Source: Nageia nagi | Lineage: Eukaryota; Plantae; Pinophyta | Assembly: GCA_050084985.1 (NCBI GenBank) | Contig: JBITNC010000001.1 | Coordinates: 153,946,001-154,010,000 of the forward strand | Reading direction: 5' to 3' | Length of the DNA stretch: 64,000 nt | In this document: positions 1 through 13,444 of the stretch, one piece after another | Layout: every line of letters starts with the position of its first letter | Numbering within the stretch: position 1 is the stretch's first letter | Program-made: the position numbers and the translations under genes | The notes under the pieces: model-generated | What the model saw: only the letters and a program-made list of their open reading frames with translations | Databases searched by the model: none | Told to the model about the DNA's origin: nothing

Positions 1-1894
1 GGCTTTCACAAAATTGAAAGAGGTAATGACCACTTGTCCACTACTTGCACTTCCAGATTTTTCCTTACCTTTCACTATTGATTGTGATGCGTCAGGCTTT
101 GGGATAGGAGCTATTCTCATGCAAAAAGGACAGCCAATTTGCTTTGAAAGTAGAAAACTCAAACCCAATGAAAAGGCTTTCAGTATTTATGATAAAGAAA
201 TGCTTGCCATTATGCATGCATTAGCCAAATTTAAACAATACTTGGTATGTGGCAAGTTCATAGTAAGGACTGATCATAACAGTCTTAAATACTTTTTGGG
301 ACAGCAAGATTTGAATGAGAGACAACAAAAATGGGTAACTAAGCTTCAATCCTATGATTTTGACATTGAATTTGTAAAAGGGAAAAAGAACACAGCAGCT
401 GATGCACTCTCAAGAACACCCTCCTTTCACTCTACATCCATCATTATTGACGATTGGAAAGCTGCCATCATGGCTGAATATACCAAGAATGAATTAGCAT
501 CACGTCTCATAGATGGCCACTTGAAAGATGACAGGTACAACATTAGAAAGGGACTGATTTTCTACAAAAACAGAATTTTTCTTGTGCCCAATTCAAAGTT
601 AAAAGAGAAATTAATTGAGGCAATGCATGACACACCAATGGCTGGTCATCCTGGCTTCTTTAAAACATATAGACAGCTGCGAGAAAGATTCACATGGAAG
701 GGGTTGAAGGATGATGTTCTTAGACATGTAAGAGAATGTATTATTTGCCAAGAAAATAAGGGAGAGAATACATTACCAGCAGGATTGCTACAACCATTGC
801 CCATTCCCACACAAAAATGGGAAAGTATATCCATGGACTTCATTTCTGGTTTGCCCAAAGTACAAGGTAAAGATTGCATCTATGTGGTAGTGGACAGATT
901 GACCAAATTTGCACATTTCTATGCCATTTCCACCTCATACGCAACAGTTCAAGTGGCTGACTTGTTCTTCAAAGAAATCTTTAGACTCCATGGCATACCT
1001 AAAAATATTGTAAGTGATAGGGACAGCAAGTTCATGAGTTTGTTTTGGCAAGAATTGTTTAAATTGTGTGGTACAATACTAACCCCAAGTACAAGTTATC
1101 ATCCCCAAACTGATGGACAAACAGAAATAGTGAACAAATGGGTAGAAGGTTACCTAAGGAACTATGTTTCAGGGTAGCAACGTGCATGGATAAAATGGTT
1201 GCACTTAGGGGAGTTTTGCTACAATTCCTCATATCACATCTCCATTAAGATGTCTCCTTTTATGGCTTTGTATGGATATAATGCTCCTAACATTATTGAC
1301 TTGTTGATCAATGATAGTAGGGTACCTAAAGCTAAAGACTTTGTGGAAGAAAATCAGAATATATTGAAGACCCTAAAAGATAACATCCAACTTGCACAAA
1401 ACCAGCAGAAGAAATATGCTGATCAACAAAGAACAGAACACCAATTTGAAGTTGGAGATATGGTCTACTTACGAATGCAGCCCTATAGACAGTCCACATT
1501 GAAGAAAAGTGGGAAGGAGAAGCTAAGACCACGATTTTATGGCCCATATAAGGTCATACGCAAGGTGGGAGAAGTTGCATATGAGTTAGAGTTGCCACGC
1601 AATAGCAAGATCCACAATGTCTTTCATGTTTCATGCCTCAAAAAGGCCTTAGGACAGCATGTGGTTCCATCTACGGAGTTACCCCCACTTGATGAAGAAG
1701 GCAAGCTGATTCTTGAACCTGAAACCCTCTTGGAGACCAAGGAAAAAATCTTGAGGAATAGAGTCATCAAAGAGTACCTGATAAAATGGAAAGGCTTACC
1801 AGTTGAAGATGCTACATGGCAAGGGTCAGAGATCCTTATGCATCCAGCCTTGAATTGCTTGAGGACAAGCAATTTGGGAGGGGAGGATTTGTAA
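1..1894 (+). pseudogene. pol: Ty3/gypsy chromovirus pol 3' part (RNase H - integrase - chromodomain), one in-frame stop
   Basis: ORFs 14..1177 and 1199..1894 are in the same frame, separated by TAG at 1175-1177. RNase H (DCDASG, YDKEMLAI, TDHNSL), zinc finger H..GH..C..C, integrase core (SMDF, SDRD, HPQTDGQTE), GPY motif, chromodomain (EYLIKWKG..EDATW). Confidence 0.95.
1876..1887 (+). promoter_or_regulatory. Polypurine tract
   Basis: GGGAGGGGAGGA immediately upstream of LTR start TGTAATGTCCC at 1890. Confidence 0.85.
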
Positions 1895-2529
1895 TGTCCC
1901 AAAATTCTTTGTATTTCATTTTCATTGCAATTTCTAGATCTAGAAGTACTTTACACTTTTGGCATCATTATCCATGTTCAAGTCGGCAAAACCACTTGGA
2001 AATCTAGTTTTCTCTTCCAAGGCTGGTCGGCTGGCTTTTATGGAGACATTTAGTGGCTATTTAAGCAAAAACATTTCTCATTTTTATGGATCATCCAATC
2101 AAATTCTGATATCTGCTTTTCTTGAGTTAGGGATGTGCCCTTCTCATCCTTCTTTGGCCTAGGGATGCGCCCAACAGCCTTAGAAGTGGCATTTTGAAGA
2201 ATTTGTGAGGAGACTCTCATATTTTGGATGCCCTAAATATTGTTACAGGAATGTTACAGAATTGTTACAGAAATAACAGTCTTATTACTTGCGTATTGAA
2301 GATTTGATCTCATATACTCATTGTTCTTGTTATCTACTCTTGAATGAATGATTCTATGGTCTCTTTCATGCGATTTAATTCCTATATTACTGCTGTTATA
2401 AGATCAGAATTCTGTCATCATTATTAAATGATAAAAGTGCTGTTACAGTTGGAGTTTGAAGTCAAAGATAGCATGTAACAGATCTAGTTTTTATGCCCAA
2501 AAATCTTGAGTAATAATTGGGATATTTCA
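1890..2529 (+). mobile_element. Chromovirus LTR (640 bp) shared between the upstream pol and the downstream gag
   Basis: TGTAATGTCCC...GGGATATTTCA imperfect inverted ends; PPT on the left, PBS on the right. Confidence 0.9.
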
Positions 2530-2530
2530 G

Positions 2531-2542
2531 TGGTATCAGAGC
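2531..2542 (+). promoter_or_regulatory. Primer-binding site, tRNA-iMet
   Basis: TGGTATCAGAGC 1 nt after the LTR end. Confidence 0.95.
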
Positions 2543-2571
2543 TGGTCTCTTGCCAGCCTGTGAGGGAGTCT

Positions 2572-4310
2572 ATGCACCATTACTACACAAGAAAAAGTAA
2601 GAAGGATTCGCAGCGAACAGCAGATCCAAACTTCGAAAAACAAGTAGTTGAAAAAATCAAAGGCATGGAAGAACCACCAAATGAGCTCAAGACAATGGTA
2701 GACCTACTAACTCAGTTGGTCAAAAAAATAGATGGGCTCTCCAAACCCCAAACGCAGCCACAACAAGAGGAAACAGTTAGGACACTAGCGAATGACCAAG
2801 GGAGTGAAAGATCAGTTCGTTATGGTCATCCTCCTTTGCCTAGACCTTCAAGACCCATGTTCGTGCCAAAACAAGGAACTGATCAAGGTTTGGCAACTGA
2901 AGAAATGGAGATATACTTCGCTGATTACCAAGGTAAGTCTACTGAATTTAAAGACTCAGTTTCTTTTGAGAGCTATCTAAGTATTTTGGGAAAGAAGATT
3001 GGTAGAAATAGCAAGTATTATGATAATAAGCATTTTCAAAAGATGCAAGTTCCTATGTTCAATGGCAAGAATATGACAGCTAGAGCATGGTTACAAAAGT
3101 TGCAAACCTACTTCACTCTTTGTCCTATAGCCGAAGAAGATGCAATCCAATTTGCCACTATTTACCTTGAAGAAGCTGCATATGATTGGTGGCATCATGG
3201 CCTCACAACACAAGGACATGAAGAAATTATTACCTTTGATGAATTTAGTCAAAGAGTATTGGATAGATTTGAAAAGAAAGATGAAGAAGAGTACTTTAGG
3301 GAGCTGGCCACACTACAACAAACAACAACTGTTGAAGCATATATTGAAGAATTTCAGAAGATTTCAGTTATGGTGACCAATATATCTGATAGAAGGGTGT
3401 CTTTTCTTTTCATTGAAGGCTTACTAGAACCACTAAAGGGTTTGGTTAAAGCTCATGAACCACCCACATTGCAAGATGCTTTTAGGAGGGCACTAGCTCT
3501 TGAATCATCTGCTTTTCCTAGATCAAGGCCTTCTACTCTACCACCTCCTAGAGCTAACATTGCAACCCCATTTCAAAGAAGAGATACATTCCAAAGCGGA
3601 GGATCAGCTTTCCAAAGAAACCAGCCCATGGGAAGACCTACACCACATACAACTAGGGGTCCACCATCGCCACACCATGGAAGGAAATTGGATGATGAAA
3701 GAAATGAACTTAGAAGGAAGAATCTTTGTTTCAGCTGCAAGAAGCCATGGGTACCTGGTCACCGTTGTTTAGGTAAGGGGCAAATTCATTATATTGAAGT
3801 TATTTCTGATGATGAAGCATCCGATGATGAGAATGAACCTAGTAATGAATGCACAATGGAAGATTTCACCAATGAAGGGACTGTTGTTCCAAATACAGTC
3901 ACCAACACAGGAAACTTGGCTACCTTGAATAGTGCCAACCAATTTTACACCATCAAAGTACCCGGGAAAATTCTAGGGGAAAAAGTGATCACATTAATTG
4001 ATGGTGGGGCAACCCATAACTTCATAGATGAGGAATTCGTGGCAAGAAAGAAACTAAAATCAGAACTCTTTGCTGGTTTTAATGTGGCTACTGGAAATGG
4101 GAACCTTGTACCTTGCAACAAATATGTGACTAACTTGAAAATCGAGTTTGATGGGCATTCAATTGAAGAAGATTTTTATGTGTTTCCATTGGGGGGAGTA
4201 CCTCAAATAGTGTTGGGAGTACAATGGCTGTTTCCCTTGGGTGATTATACTACCAACCACCAAACATTGCAATTCAAATTCAAAAATAAAGGACCCGATG
4301 TGATTTTGAG
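2572..4310 (+). CDS. gag: Ty3/gypsy Gag - aspartic protease, uninterrupted but truncated by an inverted LTR fragment
   Basis: Part of ORF 2506..4521: Retrotrans_gag-like (AYDWW..., ELATLQQTTTVEAY), CFSCKKPWVPGHRC knuckle, protease LIDGGATHNFI and IVLGVQWL. Confidence 0.9.
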
Positions 4311-5089
4311 ATTCCACCAAATGGATTCAAAGGTGCAGACCGCTTGTGGATACCTTAGGTTAGGGCAACCTCACAGCATGAACATTTACCTCAACCACTT
4401 GTTAGAAGGTGTTCCAAGCTTTCTGGAATTTCCTTGTGCACTACACTCAAGGGTGCTTGATGCCGCCAAGTCTTTAATGGAAAAAGAGGATTTCAATATC
4501 AAATTTAGTCTATCTCTGTAATGAGGCTCCTTTTCCTTTTATAACATGTATCTGGATTTGGATCTCACCTAGGAGTCATCCCCAACCTCCCTAATCTCAA
4601 CGTTAGCCTTCTAGAGGTCCAAGATCTTCAATGTGGGTGCCTAGGGATCAAGCATTTGCAACGTGGGTACCTAGAGGCCATGCATGCCAATGTAGGAGTC
4701 CAAGGTGCCACATGGGTCTAGGAGTCATGCGTGGGTGCTAGGGTGTCATCATGGGACAATGTGGGGATCTAGAAACCCCCAAGGATGGTGCAAGTGCTCA
4801 AGCCCATCATTGGGTTCTAGGTGTCCATTATGCTATTTTTGATGTTACAATGAGGTTTCAGATTCCCACAATCATCTTAGGATCTCCAAGTACATTAATG
4901 ACAAATTAAATAACACATCCTATCTTGGGAGGAAAACATCCCTCATGGGGCTCACAATGTGGGTCCAACAGACCATAATATTTCTATCCCAAGCAACTAA
5001 CAACAAATACATGAATAAATAAAATATTTACAAAAGGGAATCCCTAGGATTCCAAAATTATTTATTTTTTAGAAAAAGGTGATGTTACA
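4310..5089 (-). mobile_element. 5' part of an LTR of the ~1.2-kb LTR group, inverted
   Basis: Ends in GATGTTACA (TGTAACATC on minus); contains the reverse complement of the shared GGACCC..TGTGAGCCCC..GGGATG motif and CCCACATTG-type repeats. Confidence 0.75.
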
Positions 5090-5779
5090 CCAACCCAGTA
5101 ATAAAATCACTCCTAATTAATAAATAAACCTTCTTAAATTGGGCTTCCACCTTTAAGGAGTAAACAAGGTCCTCAAATTACTAATATGGCCTACAATTAA
5201 TATTAAAATAATAAAGACTTCTAATTTAACTTAAAATCACTACTCTAACACACCTAGAGGTGTGATGACCACCCTTGGAATTCTCAATTTCTAGTTTTTG
5301 CACCCAAGAATGAAACATACATCATCATAGGGTAAAAATATGATTGTTGTGTCCCACTGACACCAGACTATTATAAAAATATTCCTAATTGCTAGAAAAA
5401 TAGAATGAAGAGGAGCGTACCACTTAATTTGGAATGTAGGAATGGAATGCCTTAATTTAGGAATATTACAAACAAACACATAAAGCATCCTATATGTTCA
5501 ATAAGCACCTTAATAATGAGAAATACAACATGAATAGAGATAAAAAAATCTTCATAAGATTCAAATGGAAATATCATAATTAGAGATTCAAATGTTCATA
5601 ACTACACAAATTGTTTTCCATAAAAAGTCCATATCATTGTAGCAAATAGCATATCTACACCTAAGTCTCACACTCATGTAGAACTAAAGTTGTTGACTAG
5701 GCACACAATTGAGCAAATGTGATATCCTTATCTCCAAGGATTGTGCTATCCTCATCAATTTGACTAGGCTATTCAAGAT

Positions 5780-6560
5780 TTATATCCCAATGTGTTGTTG
5801 GTCTTTGGTAGGTGTAAGTGGCAATGGAGAGCTACAAGACACTCTATCCTCCTACTAACCAACCAATTCATCCTCACATTGTGGATAAATCCATATGTAG
5901 ACCAATTCCTCTTTGTTGTAGAGGAATAGGCACCTTGTGAGAGGAGAGAGATGGCTAGTATGTTAAGTTCATAGTGATATGTTTCTTTAAAGATTCCTAT
6001 ATTTCTTTTATTTGATCCATATCCCCATGGATGTTAGCATGTAAGGTTGGGGATTCCACTTGCAGCACAACTAGGAATACGATGTGATCAGGTGCATTTC
6101 TAAACTAATGGTGTGGTGAGTTAGGCACCCAAAGCACCTTAATGTCTTTGATGCCACAACAAGTGCACATGCACCCTAGACATGGTGCTTTAAGGCATTT
6201 AAGTTGATATCCAAAAGGGTATCCACCAAAAGATTCTCTAGAGAAAAACAAGGTTGGTATTTTGACTCCACTTATTCTATTGAAATTCGAATAGATAAAT
6301 TGGTTCCATTCAAATACTCTTAGGATACCCACCTTGCCTTATATCTAATAAGAAGTCAATCAATAAATGAATTAGATGAGATATTTGCTTGCAATAAATA
6401 CAAGTTACATGGATCTCTTCTTTATATGCCTGAAATTTCGTACAAAATGGGGTTGGTACCATAGCTTATCCTTACTATTTATCTTGACATTGAATTTTTG
6501 CCTTAAGATTCCACTCAACCATTTTAATATTCTTCTCCATAGGGTGAAAGTAAAAATTTG
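5780..6560 (-). pseudogene. hAT transposase remnant (C-terminal dimerisation domain)
   Basis: Minus-strand translation near 5800-5960, LAISLLSQGAYSSTTKRNWSTYGFIHNVRMNWLVSRRIECLVALH, resembles the plant hAT motif SSSAERNWSTYGFIHSVKRNRL; upstream extent approximate. Confidence 0.75.
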
Positions 6561-8859
6561 ATTCCACTTAGAGTAGAAGTATTAGGACTTAAACTCATGG
6601 CGGCAAAATCGGAATCCAGATTTTAATGTAGTTCATATTAGGATCCTGATTTAGGTTTGAGATCACAACAAGGATCAGGATGCCAATTTTAAATCGGGAT
6701 CTCGATACTAAAAAAATTTGGAATCCTAGAATATTTAAATCCCTTTGCCTCTAATTTAGGCTTAGTTTTAGGCTTGGGAAAGGCTTGGTGAGCCAACCCT
6801 TAGCCTTGGAACTATAAATGTGTTCATGGCAATTTCAATGGAAAATCTCAACTTTGGGCATATGTTTGATGGAGTTTTTGGTAGAATTGTTTCATGAAAT
6901 TAAAACATGTTACAAATGAAAGTGTAGATTTCAAATATGCAATTTTTTTTTACAATTGGATTATATTTTATATTTTTTAATTAATTTTTAGTGAAATTGA
7001 TCCATATACTTGAAATATGAGGGTATCTTATTTTCTTAATAACTTTTTTATTTTTTTAGGAATTATGAAAAAAATTTATATGGGACAAGCTACAAACAAT
7101 TCTCTACAAGATAAAAATAAAATTGAAAAAAAGGATAAGTTTAGGTCAAATTATGTGTGCCGGACATGAGCACTTTTCGAAACAACAAACATGACAAATA
7201 CAAAATTAATAAAAAAAAATATTCATGAAAAAATATCCAAGACAAGCTTCAGTGTCTTAGGTATCTATGTCCAAAAGGATTTTAAAAAATACTTTGATTT
7301 ATGTTAAATTATGGTTGTCGAACATGTGCATGGTATGGTCCTAAAACTATATATTTTCAAAAGTGGTTTTTATTCTTCCCTATCAAAATTTAATTTCTAT
7401 CATTTGGGTATGGAAATAAATTACATATTTGAAAACTAAACTTTGAGCATTACATTTTCACCTTAGTGACCTGTTGGAAAGGAAATCTTTCCTCTTACTT
7501 GGTGATCATCTAGATGATCAAGATGGGAAAGTGACCCAACATTTAGGTGAGAATGTGTTACTAAACTCCTCTTGTAAGGATTGATACCACAAGGTTTCTA
7601 TCAGAAAGCTCATGTCATTAATACAAGCTTTAAATTGTGTAGGTCTTGTTTGGGAATCAGCTAAGTGGTTTAGTAGAGGTAGTAACTGTTAACACATTTT
7701 TTTGGGGACTGAGGTGTTTTATCTTGCAATAGTTTGAAAGTTGCTATAGGTTTAAAGAAAGTGTAGAATAAAGAAAAGAAAAGTGAGAATGAGACTGGAT
7801 ACTGGCTAGATTTCAAAGAGGTAGTCATAATGCAACATTGTCTAAACTTTCTTTCTCTCGGATTGGTTAAAAAATCTTGTTCAATTCAGTCAAGTATTTG
7901 AAAAGAATGACTATTGTCCAATCATTCCAAACATGAGCAAAAAGCGGAACTAATTGTTGGTACTTTGCGAACAGGACATATGCAATCAAATGGACTACGT
8001 GTGAGTGAAGGTGAATAGTTTTGAACAAGAGGTCTAGGAAGAAATCTTAAGAGAAAGTCAATTCAGAATACAAAACATTTAACATGTGAGTAATGGATTA
8101 GCAACAATTCAAGATAATTCAAATATTTTAGAAAATTTGCAACAAATTCTCCTAAAACGCAAAAGTTTTCAAAGAAAAAGCATGAAAATATTCAAATACA
8201 AAAATTGTTCTTAAAGGATCAATCCACTATTCCAATAGATGAAAACTCGCTTTGTATCAACATGTAGCCACTTGTATTATGATTGCAAAAGAGTTATGCA
8301 TAACTAAATCAACTTGCTCCTCAATTACAAAAATTTTCAATTATCATGAAAATTGGCCTTTTTTTTGGACTTGAACATTCTACTAAAAAAAGTGACCTCC
8401 TATGGTCTATTTATAGACGTTTTAGATTTTTTGAGTGTTTCTCTAATTCTTAAAAAAAATATTAAAACGCTAATTTGAGATTACAATGTTGTTTTAGTGG
8501 AAGAACAATACTCATCCCACTAAAATATGCTAGAAATAAAATATTTACAAAAATTGATGCCCTTTGGCATGAATTTCGAGGCATTTTGCATCAATTTGGC
8601 AAATTTTGGAGCTTCAAATCATCATTATGGATCCTTCCATCAGTCTTTTGAGCTCCTTCTTTCTTTGAATCTAGATTTGCCTTTGATGAAGGATAGGATT
8701 ATAAGGTATTTGGCAAGTTTTGCGAGGATTTGGAGCTTTTTAGGAGGTTTTGAGAAATATTTGGGGTTTTTGGCAAAATTTTAAATTTTCATGTCTATGG
8801 ATTTTTTTTTTGTGGAGAAAAAAGTGAAAATTCATAGGAATGAAAAATGCCTCCCAGAT

Positions 8860-11070
8860 TTTTAAGAATTTAAACTTGCTCAAATTTGAAAATTTCAAAG
8901 TTTAATTGTGCTTAGAATTCCATTTTCCATGCAATGAAGGCAAATATTTTTATTTTTGAGTAAAATTTGATATTCTCCCTCAAGTTAGGTGCTAGTTTTT
9001 ACTTGTATCGATTTCCAATGACATGAAAACTTGTGCCAAGCTTTTAGAGACCTTTCTCTTAATCAAAATCAAAAAATGAAGTGTTAAATGTGCTCAAAAT
9101 GGCATTTTCCTTGCAAACAAGTAGTCAAATTCGATTTTTGAGCAAAATTCCTCTTTTCGCTCCAATCTAAGTGCTAGATTTCACTCCAATGTATTATCCA
9201 ATGGTTTGAAACCTGCGTCTAGCTTTTAGGTGCCTTAAATATGCTCAAAATAAAAATTTTGAAGGTTTAAATGTGTCTAAAATTCCATTTTCCTTGCAAT
9301 GGAGTGCTCGAACTTGAGTTTTGATTAAAATTTGTCAATTCTCCCCAACTTAGGCGCTAGATTTCAGCCCTATGGATCTTAAAACAGCCCAAAACCTGTA
9401 CCTACATTTGAGCCTCTAAACTTGCTCAAAAATGAAAATTTTCAAGTTTAAATGTGCTTAGGATGGGGTCTTTTGTCCATTGATGTGCTCAAACTTGGTT
9501 TTTAAGAAAAAATCCACTTTCTTCCTTGATTTAGGTGCTAGAATGCACATCTATGGATTCTCCATTTCCATGAAAATCAGCGTCTATGCATTTGGGGCAT
9601 TTCCCTTGCTCAAAAGTGAAATTGTGTAGACCTGAACCTTCTTGAAATGCCCTTTTCCTTGTTCCCAAGCCCTCAAACTTGATTTTTGGACAAATTTGTC
9701 TTTTCTCATGCTAGGTGCCAAAATTAACCCCATTGGATTTCCATAGCCATGAAAAAATGTGCCTAACATTTTGGGCCTCAAAACTTGTTCAAATTCAAAA
9801 AATTGAAGACCTAAATGTGCTTGAAATGGTCATTTCCATGAATTTATGCATTTAGACTTGTCTTTTAGTGAAAACTCATATTCCCTTCTCAATCTAGGCA
9901 CCAAAAAGCATGTGTATGAATTTCTAATCACTTGAAAACATGCGCCTAGGATTTTAGGGCACTTTCATTGGTCAAAATCAAAAAATTATAGACCTAAAGT
10001 GCCTTGGAATGGGATTTTACATGCAAATAAATCATCTCCCTTGAATTTCAAGACAAATGAACTTTTCTCCTTGGTAGCTAGGCACTAGAATACACCTCAT
10101 TGGATGTCCTTAGGCTTGAAAACATGTGCCTAGCCTTTATGTAATGTCCCAAAAATAAATATTTTTGTAAATGTCTCCTACACTTAATTATGCAAGTGAA
10201 AAGGGGCTCATGTGACTAGGACACATAACATTAAGTTATTTTCATTTATGTTTTATTTCTTTATGTTGTAATAAGGCATTTTAAGTCAAATTAGGGTTTG
10301 GGGATGTCAACTTGGAATTAGATCCTCAAGCTATATAAGAAGATGGAGCATCCCATTTTGAGTATGTATTATTATATGACTTTGTATCTGAAACCCTAGG
10401 TTTCTTGAGGAAGGTTGTGCCCTACTCAAACTCCACCATTGTTTAGGAGATGTGCCCTAGCTCTGTTGGAGGCATTTGCAATTAACAAGAGATTAGCCTT
10501 GCTGTTGCATTTGCAAACTAAGAAGATGTGCCCTTAGTCAGTTGAAATTGCTGTGGAAGAAATCTAGCCAGTTTGTGGTGATTTTTGCGATTGTGTTTTG
10601 TTCCCTTGCTGCCCTAGAAGGGGTTTCCAGCTTTGTGAGCAATATTCAACCAGATTTGTGTTTTTTGAGTTAAAAGAAATCCTAAGGGGTGTGTATCCCA
10701 CTTTGGGGAGTTTTTCGGTTCATTTTATGTTCATATTTGAGTACCCTTTTGGATGTTCTTTCATTGTATCCATTCAGAAATTAATACAATTCTATCCTAA
10801 CTGATTTTTCTAATTATGGTGCAACATTTATGCTAATTTCTATGTTTGAGTATCCAATTTTGTGTAAAAATTAGAAATGAGTCATTTCACTTTAAGGGCT
10901 CAAACTTGGTCAAAATCGAAAATTTCAAGTCCTAATTGTGTTGGAAATCACTTTATCTCTCTAATGACGCTCTTAGACTTGATTTTCGACACCATTTGCA
11001 TTTGTCTCTGTAAAAATTTTCATAATTTTGCATGCTTGGGAGCATATGTGTCAAAACCCGGGCTCTAATA
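8860..11070. repeat. ~182-bp tandem array (~8 units) in LTR U3, interrupted by a solo LTR
   Basis: TAGG(T/C)GCTAG-like anchor at about 8991, 9173, 9356, 9537, 9717, 9899, 10084; array resumes after 10890. Confidence 0.8.
10140..10889 (+). mobile_element. Chromovirus solo LTR (750 bp)
   Basis: TGTAATGTCCC...GTCATTTCA; perfect TSD CTTTA at 10135-10139 and 10890-10894. Confidence 0.9.
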
Positions 11071-11109
11071 TTATTGAAACCCTCAAACTATGCCTTAGGG
11101 CATACCTTT

Positions 11110-11500
11110 TGCATTCTAGGCCCATATCCACCATTTTCGAGCTCAAACTCGTTTAGATCTACATTTTCTATCATTTTTGGCTCAAACTATGTATTTCCGA
11201 CATTTACGAGCTCAAACTTTGAAAAATGATCATTTTCTACATTTCTAAGCTCAATCAAACTCTACATTTCCAATCACTTTCGAGATCAACTTGGCATTTT
11301 TGATTATTTTTGGCATTTATGAGCTCAAACTCTAAAAAATGCACATTTTTACCATACTGACCCTTTCTCATATCAAAAATGACCAAAATGCATATTTTTG
11401 TCATAATCACCATTTCCAAGCTTTTCCAGCTCAAACTTGACCAAAACACGCATTTTCTACCATACTCACCAATACTGAGGTCAAACTCTGAAAAACGACT
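11110..11500. repeat. Short degenerate ~30-35 bp repeats with GAGCTCAAA core
   Basis: Repeated CATTTT...GAGCTCAAAC; a similar array lies at 40660-41150. Confidence 0.65.
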
Positions 11501-12767
11501 CATCTCCATTGGATTCACTCTAGACCCAAAAATTCGTGCTTTGATACTCTCTCTTAGATCTTGGTTCCTTGGCTCCAAAATCGGTGACTGGATACTTTGA
11601 TACCCTTCAGGGTTTTTGTCGCATGATCTCCTTGAATCACTTCTTGATATCATGTTTGCACTCTTCATAATGAATTATCCATCACCAAAAGCCAATCTCA
11701 AGGCAATGCACCTCATTCCTTTTCAAAAATAAGGTTCTCAAAATCTTGTGTTTTGGGATGTGTTATGCGGGCACAACATGACCTTTTTCATGATTCCATA
11801 TCTAAGTGCTTCAAATTTTGAAATCAATTGTACTCAAATTTGAAAATCAAAGAAAACACTTCCACTTTTTGGCCATAAAGTGGACCCAACTTCCATTAGG
11901 GGGTTGGAGACTTATATTTCATATTTAAATGTCTTGTCCATTATAATATTCATGGGAGAATTCTCTTTATTTAAAGTCTCAAGAGAGCACTTGCTACAAT
12001 TCATTTCTATCCAAATCAGAAATCTTCAACTTTTTACATTCGAGAGATTATTAGTTTCAAGCATCACACATTGTAAGAGGGCTCGAAGACCACCAAATTA
12101 ATTACTTCCTTCTTTCTTGGTTGTTTGGGATAACAAATGCCCTTTCTATGTTATTATGACACAACTTGATGAGGATCACCCAATAAGGCTATGCCTTTTT
12201 GCATGAGCAGCTTTTGTTAAGGCCTATATTATCCACCTTTGCCATTCAATGTAGGGTGTGTCAATTGCTCTTCACCATCCTAGACCAACTTTCTCTTATA
12301 GCTCACAAGCTTCCTTCATGCACATGCATACCACTAGATTCTTGCTATTGTCTTTATAACTTCACCAACTGATGGCAAGGGTGCTTTGATTTGTTGCAGT
12401 GGTTTCCCATGATTTTACTTAGTGAAACCTAGTCAGCCGTAATTACTTCCTGTGGGCATCATCATATTATGAATCAACTCTTTCAAAGGGATTGGTGATG
12501 AGTGAAAATTTTTCATGTTTTGAATGCAGTTTGGCTCCTTACAATATTTTGTATCTAGATAGCTAGTTTTGAATCCCATTGACCAACTTTGGTCATTGAT
12601 GGACATTAATAAATTTTGTTTCTTTTGATAATACTATGCATTAGTCATGTTATATTATTTAATAAAAAACCATTTTTTTTGTTTTCGTAGAATTCTTCGG
12701 TAATATAATGAAATGCTGAATTAATAATGTGATCTCAAAATGTACTTTGTTCTTTTGTTGTTTCTAG

Positions 12768-12824
12768 GAACAAAAATGGATAATCGGTGTACTTTTTATG
12801 GTGCCTGTATATGCTTTTGAATCT
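12768..12824 (+). CDS. Isolated 57-nt exon, LAZ1/TMEM184 (DUF300)-like
   Basis: Pyrimidine tract and CTAG acceptor, EQKWIIGVLFMVPVYAFES, then GTAAGT donor; resembles the EQK(W/F)..GV..MVP.YA.ES segment of plant LAZ1 homologues (recognised from memory). Confidence 0.7.
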
Positions 12825-13227
12825 GTAAGTACACTTTGTGAAAATCCCACATACAATTGTTCTTGTTCTTCTTATTAAGTGTCCATATGAATTATTCATG
12901 TTTCATGTAAATTTACCAATCGCAAATTATCCTCTATCTATGCAATTAGATTTACTTCGTTGCATATTTTTTCTCCAATTGAATAGAAAGAAACTCTCAT
13001 GACAATATCTAGTCAAAGTTTCAATTATAATAAATATGGACTGGATATTTAATGTGTTGAAAGGAGAGAAGTTCTATGTTTCTCTAAATGTTCGATGAGA
13101 TTACTTGTTATTGAGGAACTATAAATTTAAATGTGAGATTGTAGATACACATTGTAAATGAATTTTTATGATGTTTCACATAAGTTTTGTGATGATATGT
13201 ATTTGCTCTTTGACTAACTCACAATAT

Positions 13228-13444
13228 GTGTGTGCATGAGTCTTTGATCATTTCCTTTTTGATACACCATTTACTAAATATAGGAAAACTCAAGGTGGAC
13301 TAGAAGATCAATGGAAGACACGTACTATGTTACAAACAAAGGGCTCTTTTCTAACCTAGGTAAATCAATGTTTAGTTGTGAAGTCAAACTCACGTGAATT
13401 TTCTCCCATAGAAAATGCAATTGGAATGATAGAAACAAGGATAA
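13228..13444 (+). pseudogene. SPK1: SPIKE1 (DOCK-family ROP GEF) C-terminal fragment, part 1
   Basis: VFDHFLFDTPFTKYRKTQGGLEDQWKTRTMLQTKGSFLT*VNQCLVVKSNSREFSPIENAIGMIETR matches the SPK1 DHR-2 C-terminus; in-frame stops. Confidence 0.88.

Larger units (their letters stand above)
7472..11778 (-). mobile_element. Tat-type solo LTR without the internal ORF (~3.55 kb net of the nested LTR)
   Basis: Termini TGTTGTGCCCGCATAACA...GGAAAGATTTCCTTTCCAACA on minus; perfect TSD TGACC at 7467-7471 and 11779-11783; TATAAATA on minus at 8408-8415. Confidence 0.9.

Noticed and set aside
4311-4521. C-terminal ~70 aa of the 671-aa ORF as a novel domain
   Set aside because: Read-through into an inverted LTR fragment
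6600-7471. Possible DNA-transposon subterminal region continuing at 11784-11900
   Set aside because: No matching TIR pair or TSD could be identified by eye
8860-11500. Regularly spaced repeats as a CRISPR-like array
   Set aside because: Whole units are homologous and degenerate with no unique spacers; they lie within a eukaryotic LTR
11900-12700. Possible further gene remnants
   Set aside because: No convincing motif in the frames examined; needs BLASTX
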